A stretch of DNA of 64,000 bases from Octopus bimaculoides. Taxonomy: Eukaryota. Below the pieces are notes generated by a model, which was given only the letters and a program-made list of their open reading frames with translations, did no database searches and was not told the DNA's origin. The translations under genes were made by a program, and so were the position numbers. The DNA is taken from positions 77,958,504 through 78,022,503 of the forward strand of contig NC_068991.1 in the NCBI RefSeq assembly GCF_001194135.2, read 5' to 3'. This document shows positions 41,059-53,005 of the stretch, piece after piece (positions within the stretch are counted from its first letter, which is position 1; the number at the start of each line of letters is the position of its first letter).

Positions 41059-42743
41059 NNNNNNNNNNCACACCCATGCACGTGCATGATTGGCTTCAAT
41101 ATAGTTTTCAGCTAACAATTTCAATCACAAGGAATTGGTCATGAACTCAAAGCCATGCAGAGTCTACCTTTATTTTTCTTATTGTTGGTGGGGGAGGGAC
41201 GGAAGCCATCCATAACAGGGTTTCTAAGGCTGGTGAGAAAAAGAGAAGTTATCTCCACACTGAAATCCTGACTTGATTGCTTGCAACAAAATGAATGCCA
41301 ATAAAAGCACCCAAAGAGTAGGTGGTGATGTTAAAATAGGAGATGGATTCAACTTACCATCCACATAGGCCACAGCAGGATTTGAACTCAGAACACAAAA
41401 AGCAAAGAACAAATGTTGCCAGGAATCCCAGCTGATGCTCTGACAAATCTTCCAATTCACCATTTAAGATTTGGTAATTTATTTATTAACACCAGAATGA
41501 TGAATAGCAAAGCTTACCTTGGTGGGATTTGAATTCAGAATGCAAGAAGGTGGAGTAAATACCACAAGGCAGTTTGGCCAACACTTTATCAACTAATTGC
41601 CCTTGTATAATGAAAACATGGCCCTTTCACTTTATCTATGACAGCAGTGGATCCCAATAAAAACTGATTTGGATAAAATGATCCATCAAACCCATGCCAG
41701 GATGGGAAATAAAAGTAAAAATGATGACTTATTTCTAAACAAGGTACAAGGTTTGTCAGCTTGATGGAGATGATGGTCATTTAAGATCGATCCCCACCAC
41801 CACACCTTCACCATCCACCCCAACCCACCACCACCACTCTCACTATTAGTTGGTTTGTAATACACTTTATTGCCTACACCTCCCCAGAAATATGAAAGAA
41901 AGCCAAATCGATCCTCAGCAGGATTTGAACTCCGAACGTAAATAAAGAGAATATACTAGGTTTAAATTCAAATTGGTGACAACAAGATTGACGACATCCA
42001 GAAATGATACAGACAGGAAGGAAGGAGCAAAATATGATGGAAATGAGAATACAGTGACCGCTTCTCCTCCTGCTGCTGCTGCTGCTGCTGCTAATTATTA
42101 TCATTATTTTTATGAGTCAGGAGTGACAGTCACCTATGGATACGTGTCTCGGTAGCACTACTTGCTTTATGGGCCTGTGGGGGTCATGAGATAACTTAGA
42201 AACCCTCTCAATTCTCTCACCTTTCGATTCAGCAAAACTCCAGAATGTGAGAGTGAAAGGAGGAGGAGGAGAGCTTCACCAGTATATAACTGGTACTCAT
42301 TTGCAGATGATTAAACTGAAACAACATAAAGTGGAGTACCTTGCTCAAGGACACAGTATGCTACCCACTCTGGGAATTGAACCTACGACATTATGACCCT
42401 GAACCAAGCACCCTAACCCAAAGGCCACTACCACAAGTGTTACTACTACTACTACTACTACCAGTAATTCTACTACCAGTGTTACTACTACTATTACTAC
42501 TAGTTTTACTACTATATCTAGTCTTACTGCTACTACTGCTAATAATAATAATAATAATGTGTGTAATAAAAGCATTAAGCAAATGGTAATATCTAGCTGG
42601 ATTATATGATAAAACGAAGTCATACAGAGTTAAGTATTCGGGGGGGGGGGGCATAAAACATAACGAACAATGTGAAGAGACAACAGCACTACTAATTAAA
42701 TATATAGTAATTAGTCGAAAGAAAGACTTACAGCTGCACAAGC

Positions 42744-42834
<91 letters not shown>

Positions 42835-43078
42835 TCAAACATACATATTAGAAAACTTTCACTCGTTACAGTAGTAATGTATCAAATGCATCTTTAATTA
42901 ATTAAGGGCCCAACCCCCACCACACTTCCTACCTTCCACTAATTATATTTTGTAGTAAGAGTACAAAAATCACGCACGCACGCGCGTACATACAAATTAA
43001 TGTATTCTTACAAAACAACATTTTCACCTGGCCTAATCTTCTTTGGTGATTAGCTTCCATAGTGAAGATTAAAACGTC

Positions 43079-43109
<31 letters not shown>

Positions 43110-43872
43110 GCAGCAGCAACACTGTTGTAACATCATCATTATCAATAACTAACTACCTTGTAATAATATCTTTCATTAATTCACCACCAGGTGTCACAAT
43201 GACATGATTACATGTCTACTTAGTCTACGATACAACGGGGTGGGGGTGAAGGTAGGTGGATTACTATTCTGAGGAGAAACTGAAGTTATAACTATTATCC
43301 ATTTACTGTGAAACTGCTGTGCTGTGCATGCGTGCGTGCACGCATGCATGTGCGTGCACGCATGCATGTGCATGCGTGCTCGTATGTAAAATACTGATCT
43401 TCAGTCTAATCTCTTCCAACCCCAGATCTTTTTTTTTTTAATCTTTATGTCAGGAGGGAAGGAAATTCCCATGACTTATCACAGGGTCTCCAAGACTGGC
43501 AAAAGGAAGGGAAGATGGAAGGTTCCCTCAAACTAGAATCTTGGCTCAAATACTTGTATCAGAGTGGACTCTGCTGAAAGAACCCAAGATGTCAGGAAGT
43601 GGTTTTAAACCAGGCAATGGGTTGAGTCTACAATCTAAGCAGGGCACAGCAGGATTTGAACTCAGAACACAAAAGAGCCGGAAGATATGTAACAAGACAG
43701 GCAGTCCAACATTCTTACAGAATCACAAATCCACCCACCTTGGATTGGTATTGGTTTTCATTAACCCTGAAAGTATGAAAGGTAAAGGTGACCTTGGCAG
43801 GATTTGAACTCTGAGGGTAGACAGTTGGAACAAATACAGCAAAGCAGTCTGTCTGATGCACTAATGAATCAT

Positions 43873-44315
43873 CAGGATTGCCATGTTATGTTGGCAAACA
43901 ATCTTTACTCCAAAGTAATGTTGCTGAATATCTCTCGTTGTGATATTTAAAAATAGTAATTTTCTAATTTATAGATCAGTGACTAGTTGTCACTTTGGAA
44001 ACTATATATTTCGAATGAAAATTTGGTAGCGCCACCTCTAGCCAAACAATTATTCTGTGCTGATGAAGAGAAATAACCCAGAAATCATGATACACAGATA
44101 TTGTTTTGAGCTGAGTGGGGGTGCTAGATTCCCTTCTTCGAAAATATAAAGACACAGATCGTGTTGTATAGCCAGCTGGAGACGATGTCTCCCAGGGCTA
44201 AATAACAGCAACATTCATCCTAAACCAGGACTGCCATGTTATGTTGGCTAATAATCTTTACTCCAAAGATTGTTGCTGAATATTTCTCATTGTGAGATTT
44301 ACAAATAGTAATTTA
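43873..44315 (+). mobile_element. Penelope-like pseudo-LTR / retrozyme-like unit (~353-bp monomer plus ~95-bp direct repeat)
   Basis: Segment caggattgccatgttatgttggcaaacaatctttactccaaag...aatagtaattt at ~43873-43970 recurs at ~44226-44315. Contains the hammerhead motif and a frameshifted QLETMSP/GLN peptide resembling the GIY-YIG C-terminal L.T..P.GLN motif of Penelope elements. Confidence 0.65.
44044..44106 (+). ncRNA. Type I minimal hammerhead ribozyme motif (stem II degenerate)
   Basis: Stem I TCTGTG (44054-59) pairs with CACAGA (44093-98) and extends via aacaat/attgtt. Core CTGATGA at 44060-66 and GAAA at 44081-84. Stem III is the palindrome ATCATGAT (44084-91). Cleavage triplet AUA, scissile bond after 44092. 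Stem II pairs poorly (AGAG-AAATAA-CCCA). Confidence 0.7.
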
Positions 44316-45149
44316 CTAGAATGAGAATGGTTTTTACAGATTCAAAGAATGAAGTAAATGGATTTCCATCCTTTTCAATCCACTGAAAAAAAATCTACTC
44401 ATTGAATTAAGTTATTAACCTAATTTTTAAGGATGAAATAGATCTTAATATGCTTTGATCTTCATTATATTTGTATTGCAATATAGATGTAATGATTAAA
44501 ATATGTGTTTCCTTTTTAACCACGAGGCGCAAGAGTGGCTGTGTGGTAAGAAACTTTCTTCCCAACTACAAGGTTTTAGGGTCAGTCCCTCTGCATGGCA
44601 CCTTGGCGAAGTGTCTTCTACTATAGCTTCGGGCTGACTAAAGCCTTGTGAGTAGATTTGGGAGATGGAAACTGAAAAAAAGCCTGTTGTGTGTGTGCTG
44701 GAGCACCGCCTGTAGTCAAGCAAATCGACCCCAAGACTTATTTTTTGTAAGCCTAGTACTTATTCTATTGCTTCCTTTTGCCAAACCGCTAAGTTATGGG
44801 GGACGTAAACACACCAGCAATGGTTGTCATACAATGTTGGGAGGACATGTATATANNNNNNNNNNTCAGTTTCTGTCTACCAAATCTACTCACAAGGTTT
44901 TGGTCAGCCTGAGGTGCCACACAGTGGGACTGAACCCGGAACAATGTGGTTGGTGAGCAAGCTACTTACCACACAGCCACTGAAAACTTTTTACAATTGG
45001 TGCCCCAGCATGGCCAGAGCCTAATAACTGAAACCATGTGAAAATATTATACTTATAGATCACCTTTAGGTCAGACTTTACTATCAGTTCTCATAATCGG
45101 AATTGAGAATAAATAAATAAATAAATAAGAAAACAGCAAACACAACCAT

Positions 45150-45186
<37 letters not shown>

Positions 45187-45769
45187 GAGAGTGAGAGATA
45201 GAGAGAGAGTGAGAGAGAGAGTGAGAGAGAGCGAAGGACTAATAGCCAAGAACTTGGCTTCTTTTGATTGGTTGTTTAGGAACAAGGTTTGATGTAATCA
45301 CACCAAGGAATGTATCCAATGTCAGTGGCATATCTGATTGAGAAGCAATAAAGCCACAAACAAGAATTCCTGAACACGATTGAGTTGATAAAAACCGACA
45401 AATGCTTGTAATGTTTCCATCCTTCTTCAGATTTTCAGATTATCGTTACATCTCTTAGTCACAGCTTGCGGTGTCTTTATTATTAACCAGTTGATCTCAG
45501 TCGTGATACTGGCATCACCTGCCAATTATTGTTGCAAATTACAAAAAAAAAAAAGACAAACAGAAACTGAAAATAGATGGTTACATATCATATATATGTA
45601 AATAGATGTTACATGTATTTCCTGATGGAGAAGAATCGTGTTTAGTTCCAAAGAGAGGTGGGAGAATGAGGGCACCTTTCTAATACCAGGGATGATTGGA
45701 TGCGGAACAACCCTGTGCAGGTGAGGTCATATTTGCACAGAGAATAAAAAAAATAGAGGAATGAATAAT

Positions 45770-46461
45770 AATTTCGTATTTTGGCACAATGCCTGCAATT
45801 TTAGGGAGAGGGAGACAGCCAATAATACCAGCTCCAGTACTTGACTGGTACTCTATTTTATTAACCCTGAAAAGAGGAAAGGCAAACCTGCTTTCAGCAG
45901 GATTTGAGCTCGGAATGTAAAGGGCCAGAAAAAATGCCCCAAAGCATTTTGTCCCACATGTTAACCGTTCAGCCAGCTCACTGTCCCAATAATAATAACC
46001 CTTTCTACTCTAGGCATAAGGCCTGAAATTTTGGTGGAAGAAGGGCAAGTCGATTAAATCGACCCCAGTATTCAACTGGTACTTAAGTTATCAACCCTGA
46101 AAGGATGAAAGGCAAAGTCGACCTTGACGGCATTTGAACTCAGAACGTAAAGACAGAGGGAACACTGCTAAGCATTTCGCCCAGTGTGCTAACGATCCAG
46201 CCAGCTTGCTGCCTTAATAATAATAATAATAAAGAAGAAGAAGAATCCTTTCTACTGAAGGCAGAAGGCCTGAAATTTGGGGGCAGCAGGGGAGGCTAGC
46301 CGATTACATCGAACCCAGTGTTCAACTGGGACTTGTTTCATAAACTCCGAAAGTCCAACATAGCAGAATTTGAACTCAGAACGAAAAGACAAGCGAAGTG
46401 CCACTAAGCATTTTGTCCAGCATGCTACCGATTCTGCCAGCTCGCCACATTAATAATAATG

Positions 46462-46493
<32 letters not shown>

Positions 46494-46560
46494 CTTTTCT
46501 ACTATTGGCACAAGGTCAGTAATTTTGAAGGGAAGGATTAAATCAATTACAGTACATGAT
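45770..46560 (-). mobile_element. Chain of about four tRNA-derived family C SINEs separated by (AAT)n; similar chains at ~14930-15310 and ~56520-57690
   Basis: Each unit on the minus strand has an A-box (tggcagaatc), a B-box (gagttcaaat), the body gtcgactttgcctttcatcctttc and an (ATT)n tail. Confidence 0.8.
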
Positions 46561-46855
46561 GGGTAATTGACCCAAGAAAGATACCCCAGTAATTCACCCA
46601 CCTAATCATCTCAACCCATTACAGAATAAGAAAGAGTTAGCTATAACAAGCAATTCATGAAGTTCAACATGGCTAAATATGGTGAGGTTTGGCTCAAGCA
46701 GAGCTCTGTTTGAGCTGAACTACAAAGAAAGGCATTTTAGCAATAAGCACTTCTATCTTTCATGAAACACAGTGTTGGGTCCAGATCTATTGAATCCAAG
46801 CAACGATCACTTCAGCCTTTCATTTTAGTAATGAGTGATTCACTCAGCCACAATG

Positions 46856-47256
46856 GATGCAGGAGTGGCTGTGTGGTAAGTAGCTTGCTTACCAACCACA
46901 TGGTTCCAGGTTCAGTCCCACTGCGTGGCACCTCAGGCAAACATCTTCTACTATAGCCTCGGGCCAACCAAAGCCTTGTGAGTGGATTTGGTAGATGGAA
47001 ACTGAAAGAAACCCGTCGTATATATGTATATATATGTATATGTATGTGTATATGTTTGTGTGTCTGTGTTTGTCCCCCAAACATCGTTTGACAACCAATG
47101 CTAGTGTGTTTACGTTCTCGTAACTTAATGGTTCGGCAAAAGAAACCAATAGAATAAGTACTAGGCTTACAAAGAATAAGTCCTGGGGTCAATTTGCTCA
47201 ACTAAAGGTGGTGCTCCAGCATGGCCACAGTCAAATGACTGAGACAAGTAAAAGAG
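46856..47256 (+). mobile_element. tRNA-derived SINE, family B (full length, internal TA/TG microsatellite)
   Basis: Head ggagtggctgtgtggtaag...ggttcagtcccactgc; tail gctccagcatggccacagtcaaatgactga.acaagtaaaagag. A near-identical copy lies at 50049-50448. Confidence 0.85.
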
Positions 47257-48097
47257 TAAAGTGAACTTGCTCCCTTCCTTATTTTTTTTTTCTTTAGATT
47301 TGAGGGAAATTTGGTTGTCATTTCCGGTAAGGTGAGAGATTAGGCAGGTAATTACATTCATAAACCATCTTAAAATATTTGATGTTCATCCAGTTTTTCA
47401 AGTCAATAAAACTTGGTATATTTTTATATTGTAGTGCTATTAACTCGTTCACAAATAACAAGTTCCACAATTATAATCAGTAAAAAAAACAAAAACAATC
47501 AAGACATGAAGTCATCTGATAATTTATGGCAGGATAAGATGACATTGCCTTGGTCTAGGTTTCATAATATCTCAAGTTCAATTCCTTCCAGGGTTGATCA
47601 CACAAATATCATGCAAGTGCTGGGATTAATTCAATTATTTCCTCTCCCAAGATTTATGACACAAAGCCAAAGTTAAAAATTCTGACTAAATAATTCATGT
47701 TAGATATAATAATTTATTAAATTCAAGTTAAAATCTTGCTTCAGATGATTTAGCTTTTTATCTTTTAAGAATTAAGGTAGTTCCAAGCTCAACCTATTTG
47801 ACTTGAGCCGACAGCACTAAAATATAACACCAAAGTGACCAAGACCTTTGGTGATATGCCATGCTCGAGAAAAGTCGTCAAGCCAAGTGGAATCATAGTT
47901 GTGGCCAATGCCAGTGTCACATAATTGGCACCCATGCTGGTGGCACATAATAAGCACCCTTACGCCCTTGGTGTTAGGAAGGGTATCCAGCCATAGAAAC
48001 CAAATCAGATTGAAACCTGGTGTATTACTTATAGCTCACCAGTCAAACAGTCTAACCCATGCCAGCATGGAAAGCAGACACTAAATGATGATGTACA

Positions 48098-48141
<44 letters not shown>

Positions 48142-48849
48142 TGTTATTGATAGAGAGGCACAGTTATGGTTGGGTGGCTAAGAATTTCACTTTTGAACCC
48201 AGTGAATAAGAGTTCAGTCTCGTTATGTAAAAACTGTAGGTTGGGATCCTCTATTGGTCAACCCACAGGTCAACCAGTAGACCCTTTGCTTACAATTAAT
48301 GTTGTTTGTTTCCAGGTCTCTACATAACCATGCCCAGGCTGTACATATGAGAGATTATTACCTTGAATGGAAACAGGTGAGAACTGTGCCAGGAAGAGCA
48401 TCGGGCCATAGAAAACTCTGCTCCAACATAGTCTCACCTAACCCATGCAGGCATGGAAAGATGGACGTTAAAACAATGATAATGATGATGATGATGATTA
48501 ATGACTGAGACTGCTGAATGATAGAATCAGTCAGGCACTGAATAAAGTAATTTGTAGTGTTTACTTACAACTCCAGCTCGAATTCCATTGTGGTTAGCTT
48601 TGCTTTTCATCCTTCTAAGGTCAATAAAAGAAGTGTCACTCAAGTATAGGAGAGTGGGTGGGGGTGGGGTATGGGGGGTTGATCCCCTCAATGGTTCTGC
48701 TCTCCCCAAAATGTGTGCTCATCCACCATTGTAACAAATTATTTATCAACCAGACTTGTTTTCTTCTTTTATGAACATACAAAACACACAATCCAAAGTA
48801 AATTTATCCGAGCAAAAACAAATTAATTTGGAGAAGTTAGTAAGCACCT

Positions 48850-49130
48850 GATCATCATCATTGCCACCACTACAAACACCGCCACCACTACCACCATCAC
48901 CCTCACCGCTACCACCACCACCATCATCACTGCCACCACCACAACCACCACCATCATCGCTACCACCACCACCACCACCACCACCATCGCTACCACCACC
49001 ATCGCTACCACCANNNNNNNNNNACCACCACCACCACCACCATCGCTACCACCACCACCATCATTGCTCCCACCGCCATCATCACCACCATCATCACCAC
49101 TACCACCATCATCATCATTGTTGTTGTTAT
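48850..49130. repeat. Compound (ACC/ATC)n trinucleotide microsatellite with a small gap
   Basis: Visible directly; it explains the Pro-, His-, Gly- and Val-rich pseudo-ORFs here. Confidence 0.9.
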
Positions 49131-50048
49131 CATTGTAACATCCACTTTTACATGTTTGCATGAATCAGACAGGATTTGTTGAGTCAGGTCTTTTACAGCC
49201 AGATATTCTTCTTGTCCTGCCAAAACCCACTTGTTGCCAAGCAGGTAGTGTTTCCCACGGTTAGACATATTTTCAAAGAAGATTTGAAATGAATGACACT
49301 AATTATGATGACATTCATTCACAAGTGTCAAGTGACATCAAGAAAGGGAAGTACAAACACACAAAACACACACACATATCACAGGATTCTTTCAGTTTCT
49401 ATCTACCAAATCCACTCAGAAGGTTCAGGGCTAGAGTAGAAGAGACTTGCTTAAGGTACCACACAGTGGGAATGAACCTGGAGCCACATGTTTGCCAAGT
49501 GAGCCTCTTAACCCTATCATGCTGTGTTCCTGACATAGCAGGAATACCCTAAATGTCAGCTCTACTGGATTCCCATTAAAGCAGTAACGCACAACACACA
49601 GAGGGAAACCAAGATAAAATACTCAATTTAGACAACTGACCCCATTGCAGCAGCAGCAGCTTTGTAGTCAGGTGACGTTATGACTCATTGCTTATGGATG
49701 GATTCCCTCCCATACTTGTTGCTCACTTTTGGTTTTAATAAGGTAAAAAAGGGATTTTTGCAATGACACAAGTGTGTGATGAACCCAGCACTTCATCTGG
49801 TAAAACAAGCCAAGCGTAGACTTTTTACAGTTGCAGAAATTACTGGTGGAAGTGAGGAGGAAAATAGGGATTTGAATGAAGAAATACAGTAGTTGAGGGA
49901 TTGGCCTATCCTTGTTATTCTCTTGATATTTTGGTGGGAGGGGGGGGGGTGATTCTGTCAGTTTACCGGCCAAGAACATCTAAGACAGTTAAAAGATATG
50001 CCTATTGCTATTATTCTCCTAAATTTTTTTATGATTCTGTTCATTATA

Positions 50049-50448
50049 GGTGCAGGAGTGGTTGTGTGGTAAGTAGCTTGCTTACCAACCACATGGTTCC
50101 AGGTTCATTTCCACTGCGTGGCACCTTGGGCAAGTGCCTTCTACTATAGCCTTGGGCCGACCAAAGTCTTGTGAGTGGATTTGGTAAACGGAAACTGAAA
50201 GAAGCCCGTCGTATATATGTATATATATGTGTGTGTGTGTGTGTGTGTCTGTGTTTGACTCCCCAGCATCGCTTGACAACCGATGCTGGTGTGTTTACGT
50301 CCCTGTAACTTAGCGGTTAGGCAAAAGAGACCGATAGAATAAGTACTAAGCTTCCAAAGAATAAGTCCTGTGATCGATTTGCTTGACTAAAGGCAGTGCT
50401 CCAGCATGGCCACAGTCAAAATGACTGAAACAAGTAAAAGAGTAAAGA
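50049..50448 (+). mobile_element. tRNA-derived SINE, family B; further (+) copies or fragments near 13610, 25146, 35330, 36870, 37720, 44525, 51420, 54600, 55060
   Basis: Same head, body and tail as 46856-47256. Confidence 0.85.
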
Positions 50449-51659
50449 GTATTAGTTTGCCTGCAATCGTTACTCTTGACCTGTGTTTGTAACAATTTAT
50501 GTTTTCTGCCCAGGAGCCTTGGCAAAGGGGAAAAGTTAGATATGTAGGCCGCAGTCTGAGAGGGTTAATCTTGACAATCATGCCTACACCTACAACACAA
50601 CTGTGCTTGCACCTACAGACAGCCCCTCTACTATGAAGTGGAGGGGCTGTATATACACAAACTTATAGTAAAAAGTGTGGGGGGTATACTTTAGCAGGCT
50701 TAGCAGTTTTAAGCTGGGGTTTTATACAAAAATGCAAAGATTAACTGTTCCACAGATTGCCTGAAGGTACATCATAAAAAGCCAGTGAGAAAACTTGCTT
50801 TTACAAAATAGGTAACTTTTAACAAAATATTTAATGCATGCATACATTATCTAACACACCTCAAGGCATTTAAATTAGGGAACTTCAACATGGTTGCTTG
50901 AACTGATAGAAATAGCAGCCAAATATTGTACTGAATACTTGGTGACATCTTTAAAAAGTGGATAGACATATTTAATAAGGTTTCAAAAAAAAAAAAACAA
51001 GAAAAAGAAACCAATAATAAAAGGATGATATGTTTATGGCTCTTTTGTTGAACCACCAAGTTACGAGGAAGTAAACAAACCAACACAAAAGCACACATAA
51101 ATATACATACAAATAATAGGCTTCTACACAGTTTCCATCTGCTAGATTCACTTCATTGGTCAGCCTGGGGCTATAGTAGAAGACACTTGCCCAAGGTGCT
51201 GTGCAGTGGGACTGAACTTGAAACCGTGTGGTTTGCAAAGCCAGCTCCTTAACCACACAGCTGTGCCCTCAAAAATCTACATACATTAAATTCGCCTGTT
51301 TTAAAGAAGGATTTTGGAAATATAACCAATGGAGATAATACACGGATCTGACAACTGAAGAGCTGTTACATCAAAATGGTTGGATTCTCTCATTTAACTT
51401 TGGTGCTCTTGGAATCGGTAGAAATGGCTGAGTGGTTAAGAAGCTTGCTTCCCAACCATATGGTTTCAGGTTCAGTCATACTCCATGGCACCTCGGCTTC
51501 TTTCATAGTCTCAGGCTGACTAAAGTCTTGTGAGTGATTTGATAGACAGAAGCATGTTCGTGTGTATTCGTGTGGCACATGAGACAAGTGTCTTCTACTA
51601 TAGTCTCAGGCCAGCCAAAGCCTTGTGAGTGGATTTGGTAGACGGAAACTGAAAGAAGC

Positions 51660-51714
<55 letters not shown>

Positions 51715-52449
51715 TTTGTCCCTCATCACTGCTTAACAAATGCTGTTGATGTGTTTACATTTCCCTNNNNNNNNNNNNNNNNNNNNNNNNNNNNNNNNNN
51801 NNNNNNNNNNNNNNNNNNNNNNNNNNNNNNNNNNNNNNNNNNNNNNNNNNNNNNNNNNNNNNNNNNNNNNNNNNNNNNNNNNNNNNNNNNNNNNNNNNNN
51901 NNNNNNNNNNNNNNNNNNNNNNNNNNNNNNNNNNNNNNNNNNNNNNNNNNNNNNNNNNNNNNNNNNNNNNNNNNNNNNNNNNNNNNNNNNNNNNNNNNNN
52001 NNNNNNNNNNNNNNNNNNNNNNNNNNNNNNNNNNNNNNNNNNNNNNNNNNNNNNNNNNNNNNNNNNNNNNNNNNNNNNNNNNNNNNNNNNNNNNNNNNNN
52101 NNNNNNNNNNNNNNNNNNNNNNNNNNNNNNNNNNNNNNNNNNNNNNNNNNNNNNNNNNNNNNNNNNNNNNNNNNNNNNNNNNNNNNNNNNNNNNNNNNNN
52201 NNNNNNNNNNNNNNNNNNNNNNNNNNNTTTTTTTTTTTTTTTTTTTGGTGGATAATTAACATCATTACAAGAGTGACCATGAAATTTAATTACACAATTA
52301 AAGAGTTAAATATTAACTTCAATAAAAATATTAAATTTAATATCAATGATAAACTGCTTGTTATCAACAATCACAACAACAAAACATCAATAATAATAGA
52401 CTTGAAAATGTGAATAAATAAATAAACAAAACTGAACATATACCAGCTA

Positions 52450-52620
52450 AGCTTAGCATGGATTAGTGGTTAGGGAGATGGAGTCGTGATCGTAAGATTG
52501 GGGTTTCAATTCCTGGACAGGGTGATGCAAAACACTTCATTTCATGTTGCTTCAGTCTACTCAGGAGTAATCCTGTGATGGACTGGTTTCCCATCCAGAG
52601 AAACCAGGGCCATACCCCTT
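52450..52620 (+). mobile_element. Older tRNA-derived SINE with CORE/V-like body
   Basis: Head tggattagtggttagg...gggtttcaattcctgg; body aacacttcatttcatgttgcttcagtctactcag and atcctgtgatggactggtttcccatccag. Confidence 0.5.
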
Positions 52621-53005
52621 ACAGAGTAATGGGGACTAACTAACCTAGCCAAGCTTAGAAGTATTTGTTTGCCTTATCAGAGTGGTGCTGGGGTAAGCAG
52701 CCATTTACACCAAACTAGAACCTGGAACTAAGTTACGCTGGTCTGATACTATGACTAAGTACATTAAAAATGGGTGGCGGTGCTTTGAATCATAGCAATG
52801 AGACATTGAAGAAGTGTTAGTCACAGGAAAAGAATGAGAGTGAAAATAATGGAGGAAGGTTTATTGGGTCATAGCAAGTGGGTGTAGAAAAAGTGTTTAT
52901 AGAAGAAAAGGAGGAATACTTAAAAAAAGGAAGTTCTGCATTAATGGTTCTGCCAATTTGCCATACAAGACAATAGAAATACATAAAAAATATAAAATCA
53001 CTTAC

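Noticed and set aside
49673-49687. Adjacent CRE-like TGACGTTA and AP-1 TGACTCA motifs; nearby KRRLFTVAEI peptide resembling a piggyBac N-terminus
   Set aside because: Short motifs arise by chance in 64 kb; there is no supporting promoter evidence, TIR or continuing ORF.
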